The notes under the pieces are model-generated. The model did no database searches, had not been told where the DNA came from, and was given only the letters and a program-made list of their open reading frames with translations. Shown piece after piece: positions 28,601 through 37,181 of a stretch of 64,000 nt of DNA. The position numbers and the translations under genes are program-made. Each line of letters begins with the position of its first letter. Position 1 is the first letter of the stretch. This DNA is from Candidatus Aldehydirespirator sp. (GTDB taxonomy: Bacteria; Actinomycetota; Acidimicrobiia; Acidimicrobiales; Aldehydirespiratoraceae), in NCBI GenBank assembly GCA_965205155.1, contig OZ242033.1, forward strand, positions 2,036,590 through 2,100,589. Direction: 5' to 3'.

Positions 28601-29043
28601 TCGCCGCCGGCGAGATCGACGCGGACGAGATGCTGGCGTGGAGCCGCTGGCAACTCGGCTGGCTCGGCGAGGATCGGATCCGCTGCATCCGCGAACCGGC
28701 CGAGACGGTGGAGCTGAGCCCGGTGGCCGATCCTGGCAACGGCGTCGCCATGGCTGCCGTGCCGCTGTCGCAAGACGAGGTGATCGTCGTCGAGAGCCGG
28801 CGCAGGATCGGATACGACAAGCGGGCGGCGTGGGGCGAAGGCGCCGTGGTGGTGTACACCGTCGACGCTTGGGTCCCCAGCGGGGAGCTGCCCATCAGGC
28901 TGGCCGGCGACGCCGGGAGGGGGTACACCCGCGAGTCGCCCATTCTCGCCGAGGGCGAGAGCGTGACCGTGCGGGGCTACACGATCACCGTCACAGCCGA
29001 CGACGGCGACACCCACACCGTCCACATCACCAGAACCGACTAG
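25657..29043 (+). CDS. secreted multidomain protein: 3 SLH-like repeats, 14 RCC1-type blades and an M6 (InhA)-like zinc metalloprotease domain
   Basis: Signal MAGCRVQWARRLVVWVAVAVVSVAVAAAPGAAQ. Three F.DV...G(V/I)T.GCGDGTNFCPD..TRA.MA repeats. 14 x ..HSCG(L/V)R.D.TV.CWG.N..GQ.DAP. VMAHELAHNLGLADLY. Confidence 0.85.
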   Translation: MAGCRVQWARRLVVWVAVAVVSVAVAAAPGAAQDDAPYSDVAADAYYAETVSRLSADGVFEGTECDEGFCPDEAIDRATMAVWTVRVVDEADPAPVSSTRFADVDATHAQAAFVERLAALGVTQGCGDGTNFCPDSAVTRAEMAVFLSRAFDLAEGPDPGFGDVPADAWYAADVAKLAASGITTGCGDGTNFCPDQDTTRAQMASFLARALGLVELPASVRFTALDTGEAHSCALRTDSTVVCWGDNAHGQADAPDGAFQAVSAGGSEWDGSHSCALRTDGTVVCWGSNNVGQSDAPGGEFVTVSAGGYHSCGVRVDATVACWGLNTRGRSDAPGGEFVMVSAGGGHTCGVRVDATVACWGWRIGGATDAPGGEFVTVSAGSSSYSCGVRVDATVACWGSDLGLTEAPGGQFVEVSVGVRRVCGLRVDGRAVCWRLHPWQQAVPDGEFVTVSAGRRHSCGLRVEGTVVCWGDHSEYASPADAPVGKFAAVVAGDQHACGLRVDSSAVCWGRSLFGEAHASPGKFSAVSAGGSQSCGVRVDGEVACWGERAERQADATGGKFRAVTSGDRYSCGLRVNYTIECWGVIDDATVLPIRGQFDEIAAGGRFVCGLRRDRTIACWTPLPEAQVDPPDGRFDGVSVGGAHGCGLRSEGVVVCWGDDSHGQSDAPDGRFVEVSAGGLHSCGLRADRTVECWGDDSDGQSDAPDGRFVAVSAGSDFSCGVHESGAIRCWGSHVVGPPVGVQETGEPLGPDPHSCRPFADGGTANWRTTTGFPPSPEVSSTTGRLRVAVLFVDFDDAIAINSAQQESLKGLPYMRRYLEASSYRRLRIESVPLLRWLRAEHGYQHYLSQSAYGPVDIRRRIDREVVWLADPHFDFSGIDAAMIVMPSAHFSGGNARGYVESAEGLVSTLRVNTIPAAGHLDAGYVMAHELAHNLGLADLYPYKAHPYTSIRRPAPPADGKSWRWVELGLMGLASWVPTDRVAAGEIDADEMLAWSRWQLGWLGEDRIRCIREPAETVELSPVADPGNGVAMAAVPLSQDEVIVVESRRRIGYDKRAAWGEGAVVVYTVDAWVPSGELPIRLAGDAGRGYTRESPILAEGESVTVRGYTITVTADDGDTHTVHITRTD

Positions 29044-29102
29044 CGGCGGCTAGCAGACGGCCCTGGTCGTTCCAGCGGACGTCCTCGAAGATGCGATCGG
29101 GA

Positions 29103-30275
29103 TCAGGCCGAGGAGGCCTTCCGTCGTAACGGTTGCCAGGTGCGGTAGGTCGCGCAGCGCCATGCCCATTCGAAGGGTCCGTACCGGAACCGGGCCAGCC
29201 ACCACGTCGACCACCAGAGTTGCAGCCCCCACACGCCGAGGATCCAGGCGGCGATCATGGTGCGGCTGAGGTCGACGCCGTCCCACCACAGCGTGAGCAT
29301 GGTGACGCCGAGGATGGTCTGGGTGAGGTAGTTGGTGAGCGCCATCCTGCCGACGCTGCGGAAGCGCTCGATGTGGTGGCTGCTGCGCCGGTTCCACATG
29401 ATGATCAGCGCCATGTAGCCGAGGGCCATGGGGATCGTCCCCAAGCCGGTGAGGATGTGTCCCGTGAGCGCGTAGTCCGGTGACCAGTCGCCCGCGATCC
29501 GGAACACGAACTCGGCGGCGGTGACCGCCGTTCCGGCGGCGAGACCCCAGCGGGCCATGCGCCGGTAGTACGTGTCGTCTCGCTGTCCCTGCACGATGCC
29601 GAGCCGGAACAGAGCGACGCCGATGAGCATCAGCCCCAGGGCTCGCCCGATGACGTCCAGGAAGAACCAGCCCGAGATCGCGCCCGACTTGCCGACCGCG
29701 TCGGCGAACCAGTAGTCGCCGAGTTCGGCTCCGTCGGCGCCCACGGTGCTCTGGAACAGGGGGGCCGTGAGGCCGCCCGCCAGGGCCAGCACCACCCCCG
29801 AGCCGATCAGCAGGCCCGCCGGGAGCTTGCGGACCAGCAGCACGATCGGCGCGCACAGGGCGTAGAGGACCAGGACGTCGCCCTCCCACGCGGCGGTGTG
29901 GGCGAGGCCGACAGCGAACAGCAGCCCGAAGCGCCACAGGCTCAACCACACGACTCGGCGACCCTTGGCCTTGGCCCGGTCGGCGAAGACGACGACGCCC
30001 ACGCCGAACAGCAGCGAGAACAACGCCATCATCTTCTGGTTGACGAAGACCATGGTCGCCACGCCGACGACCCAGTCGAAGGGTTGACGGATCCCGTCGG
30101 CGGAGACGTTGAAGTAGGCGGCCGGCGCCAGGCCGAAGGCCAGCGCGTTCATGGGCAGGATGCCGAGCACGGCCACACCCCGGACGGCGTCCAGCGAGGA
30201 GATCCGCTCGGCCGCCGAGACCGGTCCCGATGCCCGCCTGCGCTCGGATCGTGGGGTGGGGGACGGCGTCACCAC
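29103..30275 (-). CDS. DUF418 (YeiB-like) polytopic membrane protein
   Basis: RISSLDAVRGVAVLGILPMN, MALFSLLFGVG, C-terminal FRYGPFEWAWR. Confidence 0.8.
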   Translation of the reverse strand: MVTPSPTPRSERRRASGPVSAAERISSLDAVRGVAVLGILPMNALAFGLAPAAYFNVSADGIRQPFDWVVGVATMVFVNQKMMALFSLLFGVGVVVFADRAKAKGRRVVWLSLWRFGLLFAVGLAHTAAWEGDVLVLYALCAPIVLLVRKLPAGLLIGSGVVLALAGGLTAPLFQSTVGADGAELGDYWFADAVGKSGAISGWFFLDVIGRALGLMLIGVALFRLGIVQGQRDDTYYRRMARWGLAAGTAVTAAEFVFRIAGDWSPDYALTGHILTGLGTIPMALGYMALIIMWNRRSSHHIERFRSVGRMALTNYLTQTILGVTMLTLWWDGVDLSRTMIAAWILGVWGLQLWWSTWWLARFRYGPFEWAWRCATYRTWQPLRRKASSA

Positions 30276-30283
30276 CGGTCACC

Positions 30284-30355
30284 CGTCCCGTCGGGGAGGG
30301 CACGGCTCGTCCCGTCGGGGAGGGAACGGCCCGTCCCGTCGGGGAGGGCACGGCT
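30284..30355. repeat. tandem repeat, 3 x 24 bp (cgtcccgtcggggagggcacggct)
   Basis: Three adjacent near-identical units directly upstream of the DUF418 start codon. Confidence 0.9.
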
Positions 30356-30384
30356 CGTCTTGCACGGCGCTGCGGTGAACCACC

Positions 30385-30753
30385 TCAGCGGACGGCCTTG
30401 CGGACGATGGCGGCGAGCTCGGCCTCGGTGGCGTCGTCGAGCGAGGTGAAGAACCACGCGCATTCCATGAGCTGGTGGGGCGCGCCGTCCTGCGTTTCGA
30501 AGCTCGCCTTCTCGGTGAGGCCGAAGGTCATGTAGTCGTCCAGCCGGAAGAAGCACAGGACGGGGCCGGAGCCCTTCGCATAGCCCGGCATCCCGTACCA
30601 CGGCCGGGCTTGGAGCTCCGGTGCGCTCTCGAGGATGAGTTCGTGGAGCCGCTCGCCCATGGCTCGGTAGGGCTCGGGCATGGCTGCGACCTTCTCCAGC
30701 ACGGCCGCTTCGTTGTCGATCTTCTTGTTCGTCGTCTTGCGGGTGCTCGCCAT
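30385..30753 (-). CDS. DUF1801 (YdhG-like) domain protein
   Basis: PWYGMPGYAKGSGPVLCFFRLDDYMTFGL pattern, 122 aa. Confidence 0.7.
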   Translation of the reverse strand: MASTRKTTNKKIDNEAAVLEKVAAMPEPYRAMGERLHELILESAPELQARPWYGMPGYAKGSGPVLCFFRLDDYMTFGLTEKASFETQDGAPHQLMECAWFFTSLDDATEAELAAIVRKAVR

Positions 30754-30830
30754 CGGACGTCCTCGGAGGTCTGCTTGCGGGGTCGTCTGTGCCGATCAGC
30801 GGATGAGCCGTGGCCCTGCACCGGCCGGCG

Positions 30831-30866
30831 CAACTGTGTCTACAGGATCAACTGTGTCTACAGGAT
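30831..30866. repeat. tandem repeat, 2 x 18 bp (caactgtgtctacaggat)
   Basis: Exact duplication. Confidence 0.9.
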
Positions 30867-30904
30867 CAGGTCGGTTAACAGACCGGCGGATGCGGCCACG
30901 ACGA

Positions 30905-30968
30905 ACACGTAGGCGAAGGAACACGTAGGCGAAGGGACACGTAGGCGAAGGGACACGCAGGCGAAGGG
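30905..30968. repeat. tandem repeat, 4 x 16 bp (acacgtaggcgaaggg)
   Basis: Four adjacent units with 1-2 substitutions, immediately 3' of the serpin stop. Confidence 0.9.
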
Positions 30969-30976
30969 CGCGGCCA

Positions 30977-32188
30977 CTACCCGGCCGGGTCCACGAGGCG
31001 GCCCACGAACAGGAGGGCGCCGGTGTCCTGGTGGACGATGGCCCACAGGAAGGGCCGGTCGGCGACGACGGTGAGGTCGGGTCGGGGAGGTGCGGACTCC
31101 TGGAAGGCCATGGCGGTGGCTGCGGCTGCCTCGGTGCCCTTCTCGTCGACGATCACCTTGGCGCCGTGGAGCGCGGCGGTGATGAAGATGCCGGGAGCGA
31201 TGCCGTCGAAGCCGGCGCCGGCGCAGAACCTGAGCGGGCACAGCCACTCGAACAGGTCGGTGGGCGGCAGGGTCTGCTCCCACTTGGGCATGGTGAGGTC
31301 GACGTAGCCGGTCTGGGCGGCGCCCGCCAGCGCGGTCAGTGCTGCGGCGTCGAGCGACTCCTCGACGGCCGCGAGACCGTCGCGGTCGCGGGGCACGACG
31401 ATCCACATGGCCAGCCCGCCGTCGCGGTAGGGCAACTCGACCGCGTCGGCGCCGTCGAGACGGACGTAGCGGCGGTAGCCGGGTTCGCGGTCGGTCATGA
31501 ACGGCACCGTCACCGACCGGTTGTCGCCGGTGGTGAAGGGGCCGTCGCGGGTGTACTCGGGCAGGAACGGCTCGGCCCAGTCCGCTTTCAGGTACACGGT
31601 GTTGACGAGGACCAGCCTCTGGTCCTGGACGGTGTCGCCGTCGACTATCACCGGGACGAGCCCGCGGGTGCTCTCAGACACCCACCGGTTGACGGCGTCG
31701 GCCGCGGCCGCGCCGTCGGCGGTGTCGACCGGCTCGATGCCCGCTCCGTAGTGGGTGGAGGCGACCTCCAGGAACTCGGGCCGCATCGTGAACGCGTCGT
31801 CGGGGAACAGACGGTTGGCCACCTCGAGGGTGGTGGTGTCCGCCGAGGCCCCTCCCAGCGCGAGGTCGACGGCGTTGGCGGCGCGGTGCGTACCGGTCTC
31901 TGGGAATCCGAAGATGTCGTCGAGGGCGGCGGCGGAGTCGGCCGACGCCCCGGCCCGGCTCAGGCTGAAGGCGGTGCCGATGCTGATCGGGCTGGAGACG
32001 GCGTTGCCTCTCAGGTGCCGGTGGAAGTCCCATCCGGCGGCGTTGACTCCGGCGACCCAGTCGGCGGCGGGCGCGTCGGGATCGGCCGGAAGCCGGTCAG
32101 CCACCGGCTCCAACACCGTCGTGTCCGAGGATGCGCAGGCCACCGCGATCGAGCAGAGCAGGACTAGAGGTCCGAGTATCTTGATCAT
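30977..32188 (-). CDS. serpin-family protease inhibitor, lipoprotein
   Basis: LVLVNTVYLKADWAEPF, hinge/RCL DEKGTEAAAATAMAF, PFLWAIVHQDTGALLFVGRLVDP. Lipobox LCSIAVAC. Confidence 0.9.
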   Translation of the reverse strand: MIKILGPLVLLCSIAVACASSDTTVLEPVADRLPADPDAPAADWVAGVNAAGWDFHRHLRGNAVSSPISIGTAFSLSRAGASADSAAALDDIFGFPETGTHRAANAVDLALGGASADTTTLEVANRLFPDDAFTMRPEFLEVASTHYGAGIEPVDTADGAAAADAVNRWVSESTRGLVPVIVDGDTVQDQRLVLVNTVYLKADWAEPFLPEYTRDGPFTTGDNRSVTVPFMTDREPGYRRYVRLDGADAVELPYRDGGLAMWIVVPRDRDGLAAVEESLDAAALTALAGAAQTGYVDLTMPKWEQTLPPTDLFEWLCPLRFCAGAGFDGIAPGIFITAALHGAKVIVDEKGTEAAAATAMAFQESAPPRPDLTVVADRPFLWAIVHQDTGALLFVGRLVDPAG

Positions 32189-32247
32189 GACAGTTGGACG
32201 ATACGGCGGCGCCCCAGGTTCCCGGGGCCGTTGGTAGCGTCTGCCCG

Positions 32248-33006
32248 ATGACTGACCCGGTGGCGATCGAGATCGACGACGGCTACGTGGCCACCATCGA
32301 GTTGCGGCGCCCGCCCAACAACTTCTTCTCGCTGGAGATGATCGACGGGATCGCCGATGGGCTGGAGTCGCTGGACGACGACCCCCGCTGCCGGGTCGCG
32401 GTGCTGTGCGCGCAGGGCAAGCACTTCTGTGCCGGCGCCGACTTCTCGCCCGCGGGGGCCCGTTACACCACCGAGGACCTGTACGCGGCCGCGGTCCGCA
32501 TCTTCCGCACCCACACTCCGGTGGTGGCTGCCGTGCACGGCGCGGCGGTGGGCGGAGGCCTGGGCCTGGCGCTGACAGCAGACTTCCGGGTGGCCGCGCC
32601 CGAGGCCCGCTTCAGCGCCAACTTCGCCCGGCTCGGCTTCCATCAGGGCTTCGGCCTGAGTGTGACCCTGCCCCGGCTGGTGGGCCCGCAGGTGGCCGCC
32701 GACCTGCTCTACACGGGCCGGCGAGTGCCGGGCGAGGAGGCTGCCCGGCTGGGCTTGGCCGACCGCCTAGTGGACCGCGACGAGGTCCGGTCCGAGGCGC
32801 ACACCATGGCCCGCGAGATCGCCATGTCGGCGCCGCTGGCCGTGAGGTCGATCCGGACCACGCTGCGAGGCGACCTGGCCGACCAGGTGGAGGCGGCCAC
32901 GTTCCACGAGCACCGCGAGCAGGACCGCCTCCAGCACACGGCCGACTTCGCGGAGGGAACCCGGGCCATGGCCGAGCGCAGAACGCCCGAGTTCCGAGGC
33001 GAGTGA
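32248..33006 (+). CDS. enoyl-CoA hydratase/isomerase (crotonase) family
   Basis: FCAGADF, VVAAVHGAAVGGGLGLAL. Start moved to ATG 32248. Confidence 0.85.
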   Translation: MTDPVAIEIDDGYVATIELRRPPNNFFSLEMIDGIADGLESLDDDPRCRVAVLCAQGKHFCAGADFSPAGARYTTEDLYAAAVRIFRTHTPVVAAVHGAAVGGGLGLALTADFRVAAPEARFSANFARLGFHQGFGLSVTLPRLVGPQVAADLLYTGRRVPGEEAARLGLADRLVDRDEVRSEAHTMAREIAMSAPLAVRSIRTTLRGDLADQVEAATFHEHREQDRLQHTADFAEGTRAMAERRTPEFRGE

Positions 33007-33029
33007 CGCCTGCTACCCTGCGTGGCTCG

Positions 33030-33107
33030 GGGCCGTTAGCTCAGCCTGGTTAGAGCGCCTGCTCGACACGCAGGAGGTCAGAGGTTCAAATCCCCTACGG
33101 CCCACCA
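33030..33107 (+). tRNA. tRNA-Val (anticodon GAC) with unusual anticodon loop UCGACAC, CCA encoded
   Basis: Acceptor GGGCCGT/ACGGCCC, D arm GCTCAGCCTGGTTAGAGC, anticodon stem CCTGC/GCAGG, T arm AGAGG-TTCAAAT-CCCCT. Confidence 0.85.
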
Positions 33108-33108
33108 C

Positions 33109-33175
33109 GGGGGGTTCGCGACATGGAGCAGTTCGCGTTCGCGAGTTTGTTGAGAGATAAGCCCTCTTGGTGCCT
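33109..33175 (+). repeat. tRNA-Val downstream flank, repeated at 50211-50275
   Basis: ggggggttcgcgacatggagcagttcgcgttcgcgagtttgttgagagat versus ggggcgttcgcgagatggagcggtccgcgttcgcgagtttgttgggagat. Confidence 0.8.
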
Positions 33176-33532
33176 TCTGTTCGGTTGAAGGCTTGATCGA
33201 CCAGCGGTCGGGCGATCCGAATCCGTCCGGAATGCACGCGAGCGCGTCGTGACGTGTTCTTGGGCGCGCTGAAGCTGACAGCGCTCAGGCCGTCAGCTTC
33301 AGGGACAGCACCGCTACCGCGTGCGTGATGCTCGCGCCGTGCGGTGCACGGCGCGTCATGACTCTGGACCTGGGAACGGCACGACGCAGCAAGTCGTTGT
33401 CCTCATAATGCCGCAGGAGAGGGACGAGGACTACCCGGGGGTTACGCTGCTGTAGCCACGCAACCCCTAACGCCACGCCTACATCGGGCGGAACACCGTC
33501 GTATGGGCCCGGGACAAATCCGACTCAATGGG

Positions 33533-33883
33533 TCAAGTCAAGAGCCATCTCTGAGTATCCAATTGTTCGATGGGGCCGCGGACGCTGACGTTCTCGTTGC
33601 CGGGGCAGTCGTGCCACCAGATCACCAGCTCATCGCCCATCACATCACGGAACCTCGCGATGTCGGAACGATCCAATACGTCGCCTTCCGGGTAAGCGGC
33701 GCTGCCCACGTCCTCCAGGCTGATCTGCACAGCGTCGTGGGCTGAGCATCCGCACGGGAACACCGAGGGCCCACCGAACCGGAGGAACTCCTCCACAGCG
33801 CCGGGGCCTGTCTCTGCCATCTGGATGTCCGCCGGGCCGACTCCGCGGCGACGGTGGCTCGGACGCTTGCGTTTGCGGCTCAT
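33533..33883 (-). CDS. hypothetical protein (basic N-terminus)
   Basis: 116-aa ORF in a lower-GC stretch. No recognisable motif. Confidence 0.35.
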   Translation of the reverse strand: MSRKRKRPSHRRRGVGPADIQMAETGPGAVEEFLRFGGPSVFPCGCSAHDAVQISLEDVGSAAYPEGDVLDRSDIARFRDVMGDELVIWWHDCPGNENVSVRGPIEQLDTQRWLLT

Positions 33884-34056
33884 GACAGCACCTCCGTTGA
33901 CGACAGCGGATCGATGGGGGACGCGGGAGCCTCAAGCGAGGCAAGTCCCGTGGACGTAACTTACGGCCGAGGTGTGACATTTCGGAGCGCTGACTGTTTC
34001 AGGGCACCTGCGCAGGCCAGAGCCGACGAGCGTTAGCTAAGGCACCAGACACCCTT

Positions 34057-34225
34057 CGCACCACTCTGACCTCGTTAACTGAGCGTTGTCGATGGGCGTT
34101 GTAAATCAGCGTTCTGACGCCAGCGGACGGCCAAGAAAGTCAAGAAACCACCCTTCCGGATGTGAAGGTCTTTCCGCCAGTTACTAGAACGCCGAAGTCA
34201 AAGATGGTTGCCCCCGGGTCGAGGA
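34057..34225 (+). repeat. degenerate junction element V1
   Basis: cgcaccactctgacctcg...ggatgtgaaggtc...ctagaacgccgaagtcaaagatggttgccccc is collinear with the elements at 50.1 and 51.6 kb. Confidence 0.55.
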
Positions 34226-34656
34226 CCGCGCTTCATCAGATTTCTTCGCTAAAGGGTTGCTACGCAGAGTGAGCAGAATCTGCACGGTCCAACTGTTCAT
34301 TGGAACTATCAAAGAACGGGCGTCGTGGGCCGTAGCCATGCGCGTCTAGTGGCGAACACAGATCTAGACGCTCTGCGCAAGTCGTGTCTCTCACAATGAA
34401 GATCGAACAACGGAGAACAGCCGCTGAATGGGTTCTCTCAAACAAGTCTTGGTCTTCAGGCATTACGGATATCTGACTTTGTCGCCGTGGCTCAGAACTC
34501 ACTTTGAGCCCCTGCAAAAAAGTACGTGCGATCGCGAGAGTTGACCCGTACCGTCCCGCCTATACGACCTCAACCCACACCACCAAGGGGCTCACAACTG
34601 TCGGACTACGGTCGCAGGTGCCATCTATTGTTCCTTTCTCTGGGAAAGGAGCAGGC

Positions 34657-35694
34657 ATGACTCTTCGAACCATCACCAATAGGACGATGATCGCGGCCCT
34701 AGCAGCGGCCACGATGGTCGCCTCCGCGTGCGCCAGCGAAGCCGACCCCTTGGAGGCCGTCTCGACGACGGCGGCGGCCCCCGCGATCACCTCGGCACCC
34801 ACCATGACCGCCGTCGCCGAGCCGACCGCCTGCGACGATCCGTCCGCAGAGTATCTCGGCGACGGGCGCTACGAGCGCGACGGACTCGTCTACAAGTTGA
34901 TCGAGGGGCACTGCCTGATCCGACCGAACCGACCCGACGACGCTGATGATGTCCTCGACGACGCTCCCGTGCTGCATGGCGCAGACGCCGCCGGTGGTCA
35001 GGCGACCGTGATGGCGGAGCAGGTCTGCGTCGAGGGCGTGTGTGTCGACGTGCCACAGGACGGTTCGCCTATCGAGTTGCCTGAGGGTTTCGCCAACCAC
35101 GAGCACCCGACTGAGACAGAACCCGACCCTGAGGCTGCGGTCGCCTCCGCCACGACCGTGCCCGCGGTGGAGGCGACCACCACAGCCGCGCCCGAGCCGG
35201 ACCCCGGGCCGACCACCACAGCCGCGCCCGATTCGGAGCCTGAGGCAACCACCAGCACAACCACCTCGACAACGACCAGCACAACGACCACAACGACTTC
35301 GACGACGACCAGCACGACGACTGTGCCACCGCCGTCCACGACGGCTCCGCTGCCCGAGCAGGTCGGCGAGGTCATCACCGTGGACTTTGAGGTAGACCGC
35401 GAGTGCCACGACACGGGATGCACGCGGCCGTTGCTGTTACAGGTCGGGTCGGTGCTGCGCCTGAGCGATTATCCCGAGGATCACATTGTGATCGTCGAGA
35501 TGGAAGAGCCGGCATTCGACGGGGTAGTGGTGCTCTGGGTCTGCTGGGAATACGCCTCGGATGGGTTCTACGGGCGGTTTCGGTGGAGCGCCTGGGACAT
35601 GTCTTGGCGGCCGGACAAGTCGGGCGCCTATGAGCCGGTGCCGGGCACCTACCGCCTCGGGGACAACCTGTCCGACTATCACGGGCCGTGTTGA
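34657..35694 (+). CDS. lipoprotein with a Thr-rich linker (module A, N-terminal-type domain)
   Basis: GGAAAGGAG SD, lipobox MVASAC. ACDDPSAEYLGDGRYERDGLVYKL domain shared with 37608-39740. TTSTTTSTTTSTTTTTTSTTTSTTT linker. Confidence 0.7.
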   Translation: MTLRTITNRTMIAALAAATMVASACASEADPLEAVSTTAAAPAITSAPTMTAVAEPTACDDPSAEYLGDGRYERDGLVYKLIEGHCLIRPNRPDDADDVLDDAPVLHGADAAGGQATVMAEQVCVEGVCVDVPQDGSPIELPEGFANHEHPTETEPDPEAAVASATTVPAVEATTTAAPEPDPGPTTTAAPDSEPEATTSTTTSTTTSTTTTTTSTTTSTTTVPPPSTTAPLPEQVGEVITVDFEVDRECHDTGCTRPLLLQVGSVLRLSDYPEDHIVIVEMEEPAFDGVVVLWVCWEYASDGFYGRFRWSAWDMSWRPDKSGAYEPVPGTYRLGDNLSDYHGPC

Positions 35695-36938
35695 CGCGTC
35701 GCCGCCGCTGGCTGCTGCGCGCCCTGGCGGCGGTGACGCTTCTCCCGGTGATGTCGCCTGCGACGACATCTGCTGACCACGGCACCCCCGACACCGGTCG
35801 CCTCAAGCAGGTCTACACCCGCTACTACCATCACAATCCTTGGATCTGTGAGTCGTCCTTCGATGATCAGACCTACACGCTGCCCGACTGCGACTGGCCA
35901 AGAACTCTGTCAGAAACCGGATACAAGAGCACACCTCCCGAGCGAGTGGGCGGCGCGCCGCATCAGGGCACTGTCGTCACGCGATGCGAGATCGACGCCA
36001 CAGACCCGGCGAGTTCAGCGAACTGCGGTCACAGCCCGCGGGACACCGGGAATCCGTTGACGTCGTGGCGGTTCGGCGGGCAGTACCATCCCATCCACCA
36101 AGACGAAATAGGCGTCGCGGGCAGAACGGCGTATGTGTGCAGCGCGTCTGTCTCCAGCCTGTCCATCTACACCTCGTCGATGGGGCCGCTGTATCGGGCG
36201 GACGGGCATCCGGTGCAGGCCGGCGCCGGGGAATACTGCGGCACCGCTGCGCATCAGTTGTGCATCAGCGAGGTGACTGTCACCGAGGGCGCCCGCGCCA
36301 TATTGACGATCACCGCGTCGGGCGGCACCGGCACCGGGACGGTGCGGTTCGCGACCTCTGACGGCACCGCCGCGGCGGGCAGCGACTACACGGCCGTCGT
36401 GCCGTCCGTTCACACATTCGATGCGTCGACGACCTCGCAGCCGGTGATCGTGGCCACGATCGACGACACCGATGTGGAGTCCGCTGAGACGTTCACTGTG
36501 ACCCTCTCCAACGCCGACTCGGGGGCGTCCATCTCGTGCGCCACGGCGACGGTCACGATCCTCGACAACGAACCCCCGCCCACTACGACCACGACCGTGC
36601 CCAGCACCCCCACTACGACCACGACCGTGCCCAGCACCCCCACTACGACCACGACCGTGCCCAGCACGACCACTACCACGCCGCCGATGGCGGGCTGTGA
36701 TGCACCCCACACCCGGCTGAGTTCGTTGTACGGGCTGGAACGGGCCGGCTACATCGCCGAGACCAAGGCCATGTACTGCGAGGGCAGCCGCGCCCATCTG
36801 CACAACTATCCGCAGTTCCACGGCCCCTGGGTGGCGTCTTGGCTGCCTCCCGACGGGACGGTCTGCTTCGAGGCGGCGCTGCTGCACGCGGCGCGCACCG
36901 GCACCTACGACGAGGCCACGCGGGTCAAGTTCTGTTGA
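35688..36938 (+). CDS. secreted Calx-beta-domain protein with PTTTTTVPST repeats and a conserved Cys-containing C-terminal domain (module A)
   Basis: RRRRW signal. Calx-beta pattern TVRFATSDGTAAAGSDYTAV...VATIDDTDVESAETFTVTLS. Last 70 aa shared with 37608-39740. Start overlaps the upstream stop. Confidence 0.75.
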   Translation: MLTRRRRWLLRALAAVTLLPVMSPATTSADHGTPDTGRLKQVYTRYYHHNPWICESSFDDQTYTLPDCDWPRTLSETGYKSTPPERVGGAPHQGTVVTRCEIDATDPASSANCGHSPRDTGNPLTSWRFGGQYHPIHQDEIGVAGRTAYVCSASVSSLSIYTSSMGPLYRADGHPVQAGAGEYCGTAAHQLCISEVTVTEGARAILTITASGGTGTGTVRFATSDGTAAAGSDYTAVVPSVHTFDASTTSQPVIVATIDDTDVESAETFTVTLSNADSGASISCATATVTILDNEPPPTTTTTVPSTPTTTTTVPSTPTTTTTVPSTTTTTPPMAGCDAPHTRLSSLYGLERAGYIAETKAMYCEGSRAHLHNYPQFHGPWVASWLPPDGTVCFEAALLHAARTGTYDEATRVKFC

Positions 36939-36956
36939 GCCCATGAGGAGGGGACA

Positions 36957-37112
36957 ATGACCGACACACGCCACGACGCCCGACGCCGATGGGTGCTGGT
37001 AGCGGTGTCGGTCGCCGTGGTCCTCTACGGCATCGTCGGGTTCCCCAGCATCGAACGGCAGTGTGGGATTCCTTCTCTCCCGTCTGGTCAACGAACACCC
37101 GCGCCCACATAG
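36957..37112 (+). CDS. small membrane protein (51 aa), short paralog of 37302-37592
   Basis: GAGGAGGGG SD. MTDTRHDARRRWVLVAVSVAVVLYGIVGFP matches MTDTRRHARRRWALYAVVAAVVLYGIVGFP. Below the ORF-track size cutoff. Confidence 0.55.
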   Translation: MTDTRHDARRRWVLVAVSVAVVLYGIVGFPSIERQCGIPSLPSGQRTPAPT

Positions 37113-37181
37113 CGCTCGTCAGCACCGCCTTGGCCTCTCCCAATACGTCAAGCGGCCATCGTGAACGGGCCTACGCCACGC

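Noticed and set aside
30284-30968. Possible CRISPR array
   Set aside because: The units are 16-24 bp and directly adjacent, with no unique spacers. No cas genes are present in the window.
33285-33476. 63-aa minus-strand ORF downstream of 33533-33883, and the 11-bp-stem hairpin at 33269-33302
   Set aside because: The ORF has no motif, no clear SD and poor coding look. The hairpin has no U tract, so I did not call a terminator.
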